Notes under the pieces: model-generated
What the model saw: the letters and a program-made list of their open reading frames with translations, nothing else
The model's database searches: none
What the model was told of the DNA's origin: nothing
In this document: positions 1-15,142 of the stretch, one piece after another
How the letters are laid out: each line of letters opens with the position of its first letter
Position numbering within the stretch: the stretch's first letter is position 1
Program-made: the position numbers and the translations under genes
NCBI RefSeq assembly: GCF_009914755.1
Contig: NC_060929.1
Source: the human T2T-CHM13v2.0 reference genome, Homo sapiens
Length of the DNA stretch: 64,000 nucleotides
Strand: one strand, 5' to 3'

Positions 1-339
1 GCATCACTGTTGACACTGTTAATTTCATTTTAATCACACAATCTTACCCCTGAAATGTTGGCGTCTGTGTGGCAATAATTCAAAGTGTTCCAACTTGAGG
101 GGGATGGGGAAAATCACTAAATAAGCTGGCAATCAAACAAGGAAAAATTTGAGCTAGGAATTGTAGCATCTGGTTGCCAGCACCTACTAGGCATGCAGAA
201 GGGTCAAGTGGCACCAACAGCCCCAGAACTGTCCCTTGGTTAAAGAGAAAAGGTGATTTTCTTTTGTATCTAAAACCTAAGCCTCTCATTGCTTGTGAAT
301 GGGTTTTTTAATAATAATAATTATTATTTTATATATATA

Positions 340-900
340 TTTAACAATTGTATTAATAGTTAGAGGGATGTTGTGAGCATTTAACCAGATCATGCAAGGA
401 AAGCATATAGAACAGACCCTAGTATTTAGCTCAGTAAATGATTTTTTTAATGATGTTTAAAAAAATACACTGAAGGCAAACTGTGGTTTAAGAGAAATAA
501 AATGGGCTTTAGCATCATATGATCGTGATCCAACCACCCCACTTAATAAGTAAGTGACTCCTGCTATGTTACTTCTGGAACCTCATCTTCTTCATCTATA
601 AGATGTAGAAGTCATCATCTTCAAAGAATTGATGTTAAAACAGTAAATGAGATAAATCAGTGCCTGCTAGAGTCACTGGTACTTCACTATCATCATGAAG
701 CAGTAATAAAAGTTAATGTTTAATGATCACCAACTATAAGCCTAACACTTTAAGTCAGTCCTTTTATTGTCTCTAAGAGATGAAGAAACTAAAACTCGAA
801 CAGGTTAAATGACTTGCCCAAGGTCACAAAACTAAAAAATATTCACCTTTGAACTGAAGTCATATCAGTTGGATGCCCAAGCTCGTGAACTTAATCACTT
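340..900. mobile_element. Cluster of degenerate MIR SINEs (plus-strand copies ~340-680, minus-strand copy ~715-900)
   Basis: MIR core-like motifs: 'cctcatcttcttcatctataagatg', 'taaatgagataa' (+) and 'gatgaagaaactaaaactc...ggttaaatgacttgcccaaggtcaca' (-). Boundaries approximate. Confidence 0.7.
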
Positions 901-2309
901 TAACATACTGACATGCCCCCTTGTTGCAGAACTTTCTTCAATGATGCTTGGTGGCTTGGCATTAAAGAATCCAGACAAAGAAGGCTAGCTGAGGACATGA
1001 ATAGATGAGGCAGAAAGGTGGGAAATGAAAAGGCTAATGGTGGCAGAGTGCTCTGTCGAGATGGCTGTTGTGAAATGAAAACAGACAAGAGTTGTGTGCA
1101 TGTGTTGGGAGAGGGGGAAGGGTAGAAATGTTAGGATACTGACACGAAGACAAAAGAGAGTAATGAAATGAGGAAATAGAGCAAGTCAAATGATTAGAAG
1201 ACAAGATTGAGTTCCTAACAATGCACCCAAGAGATCTCTTCTGAAGGCAGCTGTTGATCCAAAGGCTTCGAAGAGAAAAATGAAAGCACATCTCTATGTT
1301 GTGCTGACTGGATTCTAACAGCATGATACTTGTGGGAATGAAACCACTTTAGAAGGAAAACAACCTGGGTAACTCAGCATCACTCAGTGTACAAAGATTC
1401 TTCTGTAATAACTCTCCTGGTTGAAGAAAAATGCATTATTGAGCATTTTAAGACCATAGGAAATATAGAATTAAGAGAACCAAGGTCACAGAAAACTCTA
1501 TGAATGCCCTTGTAAAACTTTCACTTTTGTCAATATAAAATACATACAATCCAATCCAATTAAAAGAATATCAAGTTTGTTTGTTTTTCCAAGATGGCAG
1601 ATTAGAGGCTTTTAGTGTGCCTCAGCCACTAGGAAATAGCAAGAGAGTGTATAAAGATCAACTCTGTGAGCCTGAGTTCCAGAAGAAAAATGGGAATCCA
1701 CTGAAATTGTAAAGGACACTCTAGGTCCTGGGGAAGAGAATGTGTGCAAACAGCCCTTATGACCTTGTCCAGCTGGTAAAAGTGAGTGAAGCTCCAGTAT
1801 GTGAGAGAAGCAGACAGTCCCCCTCTGTGACTCACCTTTCCACTAGGGATCCAAGCAACCCAGCTGAGGCAGAGCACTTTGCTTCTCCCAAACCCTGAAG
1901 CTAACCTGGGGAGAGACTTGGAGGTGCTGTAAGGGTACGACACTGGGAAAAGCTGCAGACATTTTTGCAGATCCAGAAACAAGAGCAAGAAACCATTTTT
2001 AATCTGGGTACATACAAATCAGCCATTCTTTGGAGACCTAGCACCATGGTCATGCAGGCATTTTAATCTTGGGCCAGAGATTGGAGTGCCTGCTTTGGAA
2101 TAGAGTAAGGACTCCACAGACAGAACTGTGGAAAGCACCTCAGTAATAGGCATGAGAATTGTGCTCTCCTCCATTGCAGTCCTGGGACAAGAGGAGAGCT
2201 GCCACAACTATGGTTTCTCCGGGGTGATGAGACTTGCAGCTAGGGCCAGCTTGGCAACCTGGGACTGGTCTGCATGTGTCATTGCTGAGTGCCCAGTCTA
2301 CTTCCCTGA

Positions 2310-2700
2310 GATTGTGGTACAGTGAGACCATCTCCACTCCACACCCATGCAGATCTCCAGGATTTCAGAGTACCTGCTAACCTGGATCAGCTGCCTGATC
2401 TACCCCACCTTTCCTATGCATAGATTGTGGTACATCTGGGCCCTCTCTACCCCGTGCTTAGGCAGATCTCTAGGCATTCAAAGCATCTGCTTGCCCAGAT
2501 TGGCAGCTTGAGCTACCCCATTTTTCTTGTGCAGATATCTTGGTGCAGGGGGGCCCTCTCTGTTCCATGCTCAGGCAGATCTCCAGGCATTTGGAGTGCT
2601 CACTCACCTGGAATAGCAGCCTGAGCTGCTCTACTCTTCATGTGCAGTGATCTTGGTGCAGGGGAGTCCTCTTTGCTCCACATCCAGGCATGTGGAACAC
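2310..2700 (+). repeat. ~113-bp tandem repeat (about 3.5 copies) in the L1 5'UTR
   Basis: 'gcagatctc[c/t]agg' recurs at 2349, 2462 and 2575 (113-bp period), each followed by similar sequence. Confidence 0.85.
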
Positions 2701-5700
2701 CCTCTTTCTTGAATTAGGAGTTTAGGCTGCCCTCCATAAACATCCTGAGAAGCTGGGTCTGAAGGGATTTCCTATCTCCACACCTAGGCACACTTCTGGG
2801 TGCTTGGTGGCTGCCCACTGGATTACCTCTCAGTGCTTGTGCTTGTGGTTGTCATCAGGGAATCTATAAGCAGACCTGCCCAGTCCAGCCCCACCCAACT
2901 TGGATCCCACTCCCCAAGGGCTGAGCATGAAACTCAGACCTCTGTGCATTCCATGAATCAGCTCATTGCCCAAGGCAACAGAAAGCTTCTCCCAGTAAAC
3001 AACGATCAAGTGTATACCCAGCCACATTGGCTGTAGCTGGCTCTTACCTATAAGTGCCATCTACTGGCTTGTAGGTCAAACTGCATAGCACAATATAAAA
3101 TCTGCCAAAAGAAGTATATAGGGCTATAGAGGCAAAGCCAAAAGACCCTACCCAGAATTCTTTACAGTCATATCCCCTAGGAAAAGGATGAAAGGAAAAA
3201 GAAAATAACAGAATAATATTATAGAGAAAAAAATAAAATATTCTACCTACACCAAAATAATTGCAAAAATTAGAAAGTGACAACATCTCCAGATGAGAAG
3301 GAGGAAGTGCAAGAATTCTGGCACCATAAAAAATCTGAATGTAGTAACATCACCAAAGCTCTCCAACAATGGTCCTTAGCCAAAATGGAAACTCAGAAAT
3401 AGCAGATAAAGAATTCAAAGAATGGATTGCCAGGAATCACAATGAGATCCAAGACAAGGTTGAAAATCAACACAAAGAAACTTCTAAAGCAATACAGGAA
3501 ATGAAGGAAGAGATCTTAAAAAGAAATCAGTAAGAGCTCCTTGAATTAGAAAACTCACTTGGGAAATTTCAAAATACAATTGAAAGTTTTAGCAATACAC
3601 TGGGCCAAGCAGAAGGTAGAATCTCAGAGTTTAAAGACTGGTCTTTTGAACTAGCCAAATAAAACACAAATAAAGAAAAAAAAATTGGTTAAATAAACAA
3701 AGCCTTCAAGAAATATGGAATTATGTAAAGCAACAAAACCTAAGAACTATTGGCATTCCTGAGAGAGAAGGAGAAAAACTAAACAACCTGGAAAACATAT
3801 TTGAGAATATAATTCAAGAAAATATTCCTTATCTTGCTAGATATAATAAATTCAGAGAATGCCTGTGAGATACTATACAATACAAACATCAACAGGGCAT
3901 ATAGTGAACTGATTGTTCAATGTCAATGCTAAAGAAAAAAATCTTAACAGCAGCTACAGTAAAAGGTCAGATCACGTACAAAGGGAATTCCATCAGGCTA
4001 ACAGTGAACTTCTCAATAGATACCTTACAAGTCAGAAGAGATTAGGGGCCTATTTTTGGCATTCTTGAAGACAAGAAATTCCGACCAAGAATTTCATATC
4101 CTTCCAAACTAATCTTTATAAAGCTAAGGAAAAGTGGAATATTTTCAGACAAGCAAGTGCTAAGGGAATTTGTTACCACTGAACCAGCCTTACAAGAGAT
4201 TCTTAAGGGAGGTCTAAACATAGAAACAAAAAAACAATACTTGCTACCACAAAAACACACTTAAGTACATAGCCCACAGACCCTATAAAACAACCACACA
4301 ATAGAAGCTACAAACCAACCAGCTAACAACTTCACCTAGGATGGAAACATCACATATTAATATTAACCTTGAATGTAAATGATCTAAATAACCCACTAAA
4401 GAGGTACAGAGTGACAAGTTAAATAAAAAACAAGATCTATCCATCTGCTGTCTTCAAGAGAAGACATCTCACACATAATGACACCCATAGGCTCAAAGTA
4501 AAGGGCTGGAGAAATATCTACCACTCAAATGGAAAATAAAAGAGAGCAGGGTTCACTATTCTTATATCAGATAAAACAGGCTTTAGACCAGCAACAGTAG
4601 AAAAGAACAAAGAAGGGCCTTACTAATAATAAAGGGTTCAATTCAACAAGAAGACTTAAATACCTTGAATATATATGCACCCAGATTCATAAGATCAGTA
4701 CTTCTAGTTATATAAAAAGACTTACACAGACACACAGTAATAGTAGGAGACATAAACACCCCACTAACAGTGTTAGAGAAATCATCAAGGCAGAAAACCA
4801 ACAAAGAAATTCTGGACTTAAATTATATACTTAACCCATTGGACTTAGCCGATGTCTACAGAATATGCCAGCTATCAACCACAGAATATACATTTTCTCA
4901 TCTGCACATGGAACATAATCCAAGATTGACCATATGATTGGCCATGTAACAAGACTCAATAAATTAAAATGTGTAGAAATCATACCAACCATACTCTCAG
5001 ATCACAGCGAAATAAAAATAGAAATCAATACCAAGATCTCACAAAACCACACAATTACACAGAAACTAAACAATGTGCTCCGGAATGACTTTGGATTAAC
5101 AACAAAATTAAGGCAGAAATAAAAAAATTCTTTGAAATAAATAAAAATGAAGACACAACATACCAAAAATCTCTGGGATGTAGCAAAAGCAATGTTAAGA
5201 GGAAAGTTTATAGCACTAAACACTTACCTCAAAAAGTTAGAAAATCTCACATTAACTATCTAATATCACTGCTGGAGGAACTAGAACAACAAAAAGAAAC
5301 TAACTCCAAAGCTAACAGAAGAAAATATACAACTGAAATCACAGCAGAACCAAACAAAATTGAAACCCCCAAAAAACCATACAAAGAATCAACAAAACCA
5401 AAAATTGGTTTTTTGAAAGGATAACAAGATCAATAGACTACTAAGTAGATTAATAAAGAATAAAACAGAGAAGATCCAAATGAGCACAATCAAAAACCAC
5501 AAAGGTAACATTACAACTGATCTCAAGATATACAAAAGATCCTCAGAGACTATTATAAACACCTCTTTGCACACAAACTAGAAAATCTAGAGGAAATAAA
5601 TAAATTACCAGAAACACACAATGTCCCAAGATTGAATAAGGAAGAAAATGAAGCCCTAAACAGATCAATATTGAGTTCTAAAATTGAATCAGTAATAAGA

Positions 5701-5783
5701 AAAACCTATCAACAACAAAAAAGTCCAGGACCACATGGATTCACAGCTGAATTCTGCCAGACATATAAGGAAAAGCTGGTATT

Positions 5784-6098
<315 letters not shown>

Positions 6099-8354
6099 CT
6101 ACTGAAAGTATTATAAAAAATTGAGGAGGAGGTTGTCCTTCCTAACCCATTCTTTGATGCCAGTATAACCCTGATTCCAAAGTCTGACAAAGACACAACA
6201 AAAAAGGAAAACCGTAGATAAATATTCCTGGTAAACATAGACACAAAAATCCTCAAAAAAATACTTGCAAATTGAATCCAGCAGCACATCAAAAAGTTAA
6301 TTCATCATGATCAAATAAGCTTCATTCTTGGAATGCAAGGTTGGTTCAACATATATAAATTAATGTGATTCACCACATAAACAGAATTAAAAACAAAAAT
6401 CATATGTTCATATAAACAGACACAGAAAAACATTTTGATAAAATCTAACACTTTTTATGATTAAAAACCATCAACAAATTAGGCATTGAAGAAACATAGT
6501 TCAAAATAATAAGTCATCTATTGCAAACACATAGCCAACATTATACTGAACAGGCAAAAACTGGAAGCATTTTTCTTGAGAAATGGAAGAAGACAAAGAT
6601 GTCCATTCTCACCACTCCTATTCAACATAGTACAGGAAATCCTAGCCAGAGCAATCAAGCAAGAGAAAAAATAAAAGGAATCTAAATAGGAAGAAAAGAA
6701 GTCAAACTATCTCTCTTCTCAGATTATGTGATTTTCTACCTAGAAAACCCTGAAGACTCTGCCAAAAGGCATCTGGAACTAATAAATGACTTCAGTGAAG
6801 TTTCAAGATCCAAGATCAATGTACGAAAATCAGCAGCATTTTTATACACTAATAATATTCAAGCTGAGAGCCAAATTAAAATGGTTTTATTTATAATAGC
6901 CACACAAAAAATAAAATACATAGGCATACATATAACCAAGGAAGTGAAAGATCTCTACAACAAGAGCTACAAAACACTGCTGAAAGAAGTCGTAGATGAC
7001 ACAAACAAATGGTAAAACATCCATGCTCAATGATTAGAAGAATCTGTATCATTAAAATGACCATACTGCCCAAAGCAATCTGTAGATTCAATGCTATTTC
7101 TATCATACTACCACCATCATTTTTCACAGATTTAGAAAAAATATTCTAAAATTCATATGGAACAAACAAAGAGCCCAAATAGTCAAAGCAATTCAAAGCA
7201 AAAAGAACAAAGTCACAGGCATCACATTACCCAACTTCAAACCATACCATAAGGCTACAGTAACCAAAACAGCATGGTACTGGTATAAAAACAGACATAT
7301 AGAACAATGGAACAGAATAGAGAACCCAGAAATAAAGCTGCACACCTACAGCCATCTGATCTTTGATAAAGTCAACAAAAAAAGGCAATAGGGAGAGGAC
7401 TTTCTATTCAATAAATGGGGTTGTGATAGCTGGCCAGCCATATGCAGAATAATAAAACTGGACCACTACCTTTCACCATATAAAAGCTTAAGATGGATTA
7501 AAGATTTAAAAGTAGGACCTCAAACTATACGAATCTTAGAAGAAAACCTAGGAAACACCATTGTGGACATGAGCCTTGGCAAAGAATTTACGACTAAGTC
7601 CTCAAAAGCAATTGCAACAAAAACAAAGATTGACAAGTGGGATCTAATTAAACTGAAGAGCTTATGCACAGCAAAAGAAACTACCAACAGAGTAAACAGG
7701 CAACCTACAGAATGGGAGGAAATATTTGCAAACTATACATCCAACAAAGATCTAATATCCAGAATCTATAAATAATTGAGTTTATTTGAAAAGAAACTAA
7801 GATGATCATGTGCTTCAATCCTGGAATGGGAAGAAACAGTCCAAGTATAAGCAAAGGTTAGGACAGGAGTAGACTTTACGTGCATTTTGAAATAATTGGT
7901 GGGTTTGAGGCTTAGGATGAATAACCTTAGGTGACAAGAGAAGTGAATCAAGAGTCCTAAGGCCACCTGTTGGAACAAAGGTGATTTAAAAGAAAATATA
8001 ACTGAACTTGTGACAGTGCTAAGGTTGGGAAAGTTATACCCTGACCTTATATTTATCTGCAATGTTATAATTTTTGTAAGGAACAGTGTAGTCATACCTT
8101 ACTTGAGTAATTAAAAAATCTTTAATAAAAAATTTTAAGGATAGGCCAACTTGTGAAAAGTTGGTATGAAATGGGTTGATTGGGACTTTTTCTTTCTATT
8201 ATTCTGCATTTTTCTAATTCTCAAGATAAACAAATAAATATATATATTTATGTTATATGTAATATATAAAATAACTTTATTATATTTATTTATAATAACA
8301 TATATCAATATATACATTCTGCTCCTGTTATATTCTGCTATAACAATTATTATA

Positions 8355-8572
8355 TCATTTGTTGAGTGCTACTTATGTGTCAAAGGGATCTACTAACAAA
8401 TGCATCATTTCCTTTAAATATTACAACAATCCTGTAATGTAGAGACTGCTTTTATCTCTGTTTTCAGATAAGAAAACTGAGGAGAAATTATGTACTTGCC
8501 CAAAGTCACTTATTAGAAAATATAGCTAAGCTTGAGATTCAGGTCCCTATGTGAACTCCAGAATCTGCTTTT
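8355..8572 (-). mobile_element. MIR
   Basis: 'atttgttgagtgctacttatgtg...ttttcagataagaaaactgagg...acttgcccaaagtcac' matches the antisense MIR pattern. Confidence 0.75.
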
Positions 8573-9359
8573 TAATGTTTATATTAAACACAAAAAAGCA
8601 AAACATAAAAGTGTTTATATTTTTATGTTTATATTAAACATAAAAAAGCAAAACATAAAAATGCATGTAGAGTAGAAGCTAACTTTGTGGCTGTATGTGA
8701 CATAAATGAGACACTGGTAAGGAAACAGCCTTATCTTAACCTTCCAGCTTTGCTTATTCCAGAAGGAAGAAGGGTTACTTACCTACTGCCCTACACAAAG
8801 AGTTTTGTAATAATTTCTTGTTCATTACTGAGGTAGGAGTTGAGTTGGAAGAAAGGAAGACGATAATAGATGATAGTGAAAAAGGAAGAAACTTCAAGGA
8901 GATATGGGATAGAATCTTTCTGCTGTCAGAGAAAACAACCCTAGAAGCAGATGCTATTGAGACAAACCGTTTCTATTCCTCGCAATTTTCAAGAATAAAA
9001 CTGATACACCACCTTTTCTGGCCAGCTTGGCCAGACAGGGGCCTGCATTTTGTTATCCCTGTGGATTCTGATCTAAGTCTTAAAGGTTCAGCCATAATTA
9101 CAGGGAAAGCAATTTGCTTTCATGTCTCCTTCATATCACCTCATTGACCATTCTGGTCTTCAGCTCCCTCTTCTCATCTCAGATTATCTGGGATAAGAAT
9201 ACTTTTGCAGAACCTGACTGTTTTCATTTTGCAGAAACAATTTAAGATAAATTGATCATTAGCTACATGGTGAATTGCTTAAATCTCTTGCTACATGTAA
9301 TCTTACCTCTAATGTATTTACGGAAACAGTGATGGAGCCTGCTTTCTTTTTCTTGAATA

Positions 9360-9795
9360 TGTTAACCCTAAATAACAGAGACAAGCTCTCTAAAAGAAAA
9401 AGATATTTATTTGGGAATACAGCATTGCAATGGGAATATGCATGCCACAGTAAACTATGTCAATATTAAGGGAGGTAGGGAAGTCACAGGTTTTTAAAGA
9501 AAAAAAATGAGAATTACATAATTGTTTTGAAATAATTATCCTTGGCTACAAAGATCAATAACATTTGTGACACCAATTCAAGGTTGGACAGACAGTTTCT
9601 GGGTAGGTGTCCTTGCGGAAGTATGTTTTTGTGTAAGGTTGTGATAGTCTTTGTGCAAGGTTATGGTATATTTTAGTCTTTTTTTTTAATCAGGTATACA
9701 AGCATTAGAATCCTCTCTTCATGGTCTTTCCCAGCTCTATTTGTTGGGGGTTTCTTATCATTGGTGACTCCATTTTGATTCTGAAAACTTTCACT
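9360..9795 (-). repeat. 3' LTR (MER65-like)
   Basis: Homologous to 14279-14718. Minus-strand AATAAA seen as 'tttatt' at ~9407. Confidence 0.85.
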
Positions 9796-11804
9796 TTTCA
9801 CCCTTTTATCAGGATCTTTCTTCTAAAGCATCACTGATCAATCACCCTGCAGTTAGGTTTTGATGTCCTTCCATGTTGGAATACACCTGTACCGGTTGTT
9901 GATCTTGCTTTATTTTGGGGAGAGTGACTGGTTATAGAAGTCAGTGTCAAAACCCTTTTAGCCACATTTGAGCAACAAAGGAGGTTTTAAGGGAGTGGCT
10001 TTCAGGCTAGTGTCTCCTGAAGTCCATTATTAAGTTCAATTTTGTCTGTCCCATAGTTTTTTGTTATTATCTCAAAGTGCTGGGCCAGCATTATTTTGTT
10101 AGGAGTTACACTTCTGCAAAAATTTAGCAAGTAAAAGATACAAATTTAAAAAGAGAAAATACAAAGGGAAATTAATAATAATATGACAGTTTCAGTTTAC
10201 ATAATGGTTTAAGTCATGAACCTATGTTTAAATACAACCAATTGAAAAAATCAAATGACCATAGGGAATTGGGTGAGACCTATTATAACCGTAAGTCCTG
10301 TTTGCTTATTTTGTGTATATGAGTCTCATCTTTCCAAGAGGAATGTATCCAGGTACAGCACGTAATATTAGCAATAGCACAGACATTTTCTTATTTAACC
10401 AATATGTATTAAATGATTTTTTATTAGGTTCTGTTAAGTTACCAGCAGAAGCTATTGATTATAAAATTTCAATTATACCATTATCCCATCAAGTGAAAAG
10501 TTAAGTATTAAGTTGTGGGGGGGTGGTAAAAGTCTCATTATGATACAGAATCTTGTTCCAACAACTTAGGAAAAGCTGTCTACAGCATGAAAATATTAAC
10601 TTTTTTTCTCTTTTTTTGTTTGAATGTCTCTAGTCATGACATTCTGCAGTTTGGTGAACTTTTTGTTGGTCCATACATCAGGCATGAGGCTTGCTCCTTA
10701 AAATGTGTCTAGTTTCAGCTTATAGGGCTTTGGAACAGAGAAACTTTTGTTTTTAGTTGGAAAATTGTACCAAATATTGGAGGATATTGGGAAAATTCAG
10801 GAACTAATCCAGTCTACGTGTAGATAACATGAACTTGAAAACAATTAACAAGGCTACAATCTAACAACAGGTGTATTACAGATTTTCTTTAGAAACATAA
10901 CTTTTCTCTCCACATTGATCATATGGGAATCTCAGATTTAAAAATGTCTTGAAACTAGGAAGCCAAGCCAACACAGACTTCAGATTTTACCCACAGTCGT
11001 AAGGTTCTTGGGCCTGCCAGGAAGTAATAATTTTTGCTCACTTACCGTAAGGCTGGGAACTCTTGAAGCCACGCATTTTATGCACATTCTTAAATATGAC
11101 ACTTCAGTCAAAGCATTGGTGATATAACTAATGTTTCCAATTGTATACGGCTTATAAAGAGAGAGCAGATTTTTATTGAACTTTTGTAAATAAAAATGAG
11201 AATACTCCACAAAGAGTTTCCAAATTTTGGAGGAATCAACTAGGGAGAAAAAGCAAATGCTTCCACTTTTGGTCCACAGGAGTATACTTTACCAAATTCT
11301 TGTAAACTATAGCTAGCTTATGAGAGAAAATTTTCTTAAATGGGGAGAACAAAATGCTTAAGTAAAGAACTAATAATGGTTTAAATAAATCATAAAAACG
11401 CTATCTTCATCAATTATTTAATTTCACATAATTTTTCTTGTTTTGCTTGATTTTATTAGCAGTATTATGAACCCATCCGTTTCGTTATTAGAATTCTAAA
11501 AATTTTTATTTAGTCTATTGATCTTAAAGCTATCACAAATCTACGTTCAAGAGTACATGTTAATAGTCTTTTCCCATGAAAAGGAATTTTGGTTTATAGC
11601 TGACTGCAAGTGATTTTAGAGCAGAATTCAAAATAATAACTGTGGATGACAAAAACTTGGAATAACCATAGTTTAAATCTGATGCAAGTTCTCAGCTGAC
11701 AAGGAAATTTAATTATTTCTACTACTTGCAGCATTTTAAGATAAGCAGAATCATGACTGGCAGTGTCACATCAAGACTCCCAGACTTTTATAAATTTCAT
11801 ATAA

Positions 11805-12128
<324 letters not shown>

Positions 12129-14278
12129 TAGAATACTCACATTATATAACATATCCATACAAATATAACTTTAGAAAAGAATTAACATAACAATCAAAAT
12201 TATGATAACATTAAATTTTTATGAATGTATATAATTTTTGGAATATTTATATGAATAACATACCCACAACTGTAACTGAAAACAGATCTAGTATCTATAT
12301 TTGTCTTTGCTAGATATTTTTAAATGTCAATGTTTGATACAAAGTTTGTAAAACGATATACCCAGCCTAAAGCAGAATGATCTTTATATAATTTTTTGAT
12401 AAGTAAGATTAATTTGTTAGTTTAATGAAAACAGCCATATCTTCTGAGTTATTGGCAAAATACACAACCTTTAAAAAATTCTGGCTGATTATGCCAGATT
12501 ATACCACGTAGACATGATGTATAACATGATCAATGTACATATGCATAGACACATTCAATACATATACACACACACATATAAAGATTATATAGCTTTCATT
12601 TTAGAGTTTATCATGAGTTAATAATACAAACTTACCAACTTATAAAAGACAGTTGGATCTAAATTATATCTGACTCATCTGGGACCTATTCACATGGTTA
12701 AACTTTATTTGCCCCAATAGATAATCTAAAGAAGGCTGTGGGCCAAAATTTTGGGTAATGCAGTTTCAATGGCAGTTTGATTTTTAAAAACCTCTTTCAT
12801 CCCCCCGTATTTTTTCTTTTCTTAGTTTTTAATGAGTTGAGGGTTAAATTTTCAGTGTTTACATTTCAGGTAGGACTGGCTGATTTATAAAAGAAAAACA
12901 AAATCTCCAAGTAGCTTTGAATTAGTAACAAATCTATCTTTGTTTGCTGGTCTGGTTTGCTTGACTAGCAGGAAATAATTTTAAAAGTTTCCTTTTCTTT
13001 CTTCTTCTTTTTTATTCTTTTTTCTTTTGACCTTTGCATGAAAAAAGAAGCAAAATTTTTACACTGGACAGAGACACCTTATACTATTTCTCCAAGCTCA
13101 AGATTTTGACCTGTTTGATTTGAGAGGCTAACTTTTATAAATATCTAGTTTTTATTTTAGATTATTAATTTTTCCATTAAGTGAAAAATCATACACAATT
13201 GATGATCATAAATCATACACAAGCAAACCTAAATTTATATTTGTAAAAGATGTATAGGTTGTTGGTCACCATGGAGCTATTGCAATTTGTAAAACCATCA
13301 ATTTGATAACCCTTTAAAACTTTTTTTTAATCCTGGCTGGAATGCCATAAGCAGTTAGTTTATCTCAACACCAGTAGAAAAGTGAGCAGATTCAAAGTAG
13401 GCTGAAAAAAAAAAATACGTAGACAGACAATTTAGAAGACTCTACATGTAAATTCTATATTTGCAGGTTTTTCAAATAATGCTCATCTGAGTTCTGAATT
13501 TTCCTTGATGTAATTTTCCTTTTAGTTAAAAAATGTGTGCAAGAAGGGGCCAAAATATGTAGCCCACTAGAATCCCTCAAAAACCTGGCATGATTTAATG
13601 TTTGAGAATCCCATTCTGTTCCTTATTAATCTCCCAAAAGCAAAGAAAATCTTATAAATCCTGTTAGGGAATGTCCAGAGTTTAGATTGGTGTTTTAGAT
13701 GAAGGAAACCACCCTAATGGCTTTTAATTAGCCATCCTGTCCCCACTATTTAGAATGTTTATTTTTGCTTTCAGAAAATTTTCAAGAAGAAATAATCTAA
13801 CCAAATTTTTAAAGAAACGACAAGATAAGCGTGTTCACAAAAATTTTTACCTAGGCACACAGATCTAAAAAAAAATTTAACTGGGTACACAGACTGGACC
13901 AAAAATAAATTCACCAGGAGGCATGCCTCACAAACAGAATGCAAATTCTGTAGAAATCAAGAGTACTCAATCCAGAAAGACGCTTGTTTTTGTATCAGAA
14001 AGGACTTACCAGAAAAGACAGAAAGTCTTTTATCATCCCAGGAGGGATGTATTGTCCTTTATTAAGTCAGCCTTATCCAAACCAGATCCCAAATAATATT
14101 AAAAAGCATCTACCAAAAGGAGGGAGGCTCAGCCTGAGAGAAGACTCATCAGGGCAGAAAAGGCGAGCCAAGGAGGCAGAGAGCTCAGAGGGCTCAAGTG
14201 AGTAGCGCACTGCGGGTCCAAGAATCACCAATGCATCCTGAAAGTGATCTTTTTCAAGTCCTGTTTCTGACACATATA

Positions 14279-14718
14279 GGTCAACATAAAAAACAGAAAG
14301 ACGCACTCCAAAAGAAAAGGTATTTATTTGGGAAGAGAGCACTGCAATGGGGAATATGCATCCCATAGTAAATTATGTGCATATTCAGGGAGGTAAAGGA
14401 AAACAAAGATTTTTAAAGAGAAAAATGAGGAGGACACACAAGTGTTTTGACGTAACTATCCTTGTCTACAAAGATCAATAACAATGGTGATACCAGTCCG
14501 AGGTTGGACAAGCAGTTGTTGGGCAGATGTCTTAGGAGAAGTATTTTTTTTGTGTCTAAGATTGTGATGGTCTCTGTGTAAAGTTGTGGTTCTTGCAGAG
14601 TCTTTTTTGTTATCAGGCATACAAACATGAGAAACCTCTCTTCATGGCTCTCCTCAGCTCTATTTGTTGGGGTGTTCTTAACATTACTGATGCCACTTAG
14701 ATTCTGACAAGTTTCATA
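14279..14718 (-). repeat. 5' LTR (MER65-like)
   Basis: Homologous to 9360-9795 and adjacent to the PBS-like sequence. Confidence 0.85.
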
Positions 14719-15142
14719 AATATTAATAAACAGTTAAAAACAGAGATACTAGTATTTTTTCTGAAAGCAAATATTATTCATTCAAATACATTTTAAAGTA
14801 TGTAGCAATTTGATGTGCTATGAAAATGACAATTGGCATATTACTTATTCAAAGACCAAATGAGTGATATATGAAATAAACCAGATACACTACACCCAGT
14901 ATTATCAAGTTGGAGAGAAATGCATATTCTTTCAAAGATACAAGTTATAAAAGCAACGTCATGCTATTTAACTTAACAATCGTGTTTTTTGATGATAAAA
15001 ATGTCACTATGCATGGTACAGCAAAATAAAGTCTAATTTAGCTAAATGTGCTTTGAGTAAATATTATATAATTTCTAAGTCATGTATTTTGACGAAAACA
15101 AGCTGACAAGAATCTTGATAAACTGAATTGAAGCCACACATT

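Noticed and set aside
2310-2700. Regularly spaced repeats resembling a CRISPR array (also 54540-54780)
   Set aside because: Whole units are homologous with no unique spacers, they sit inside L1 and HERV-H, and the context is eukaryotic with no cas genes.
8230-8330. AT-rich low-complexity tract (also the CAT-rich tract at 31668-31710)
   Set aside because: Ordinary simple-sequence decay with no higher-order structure.
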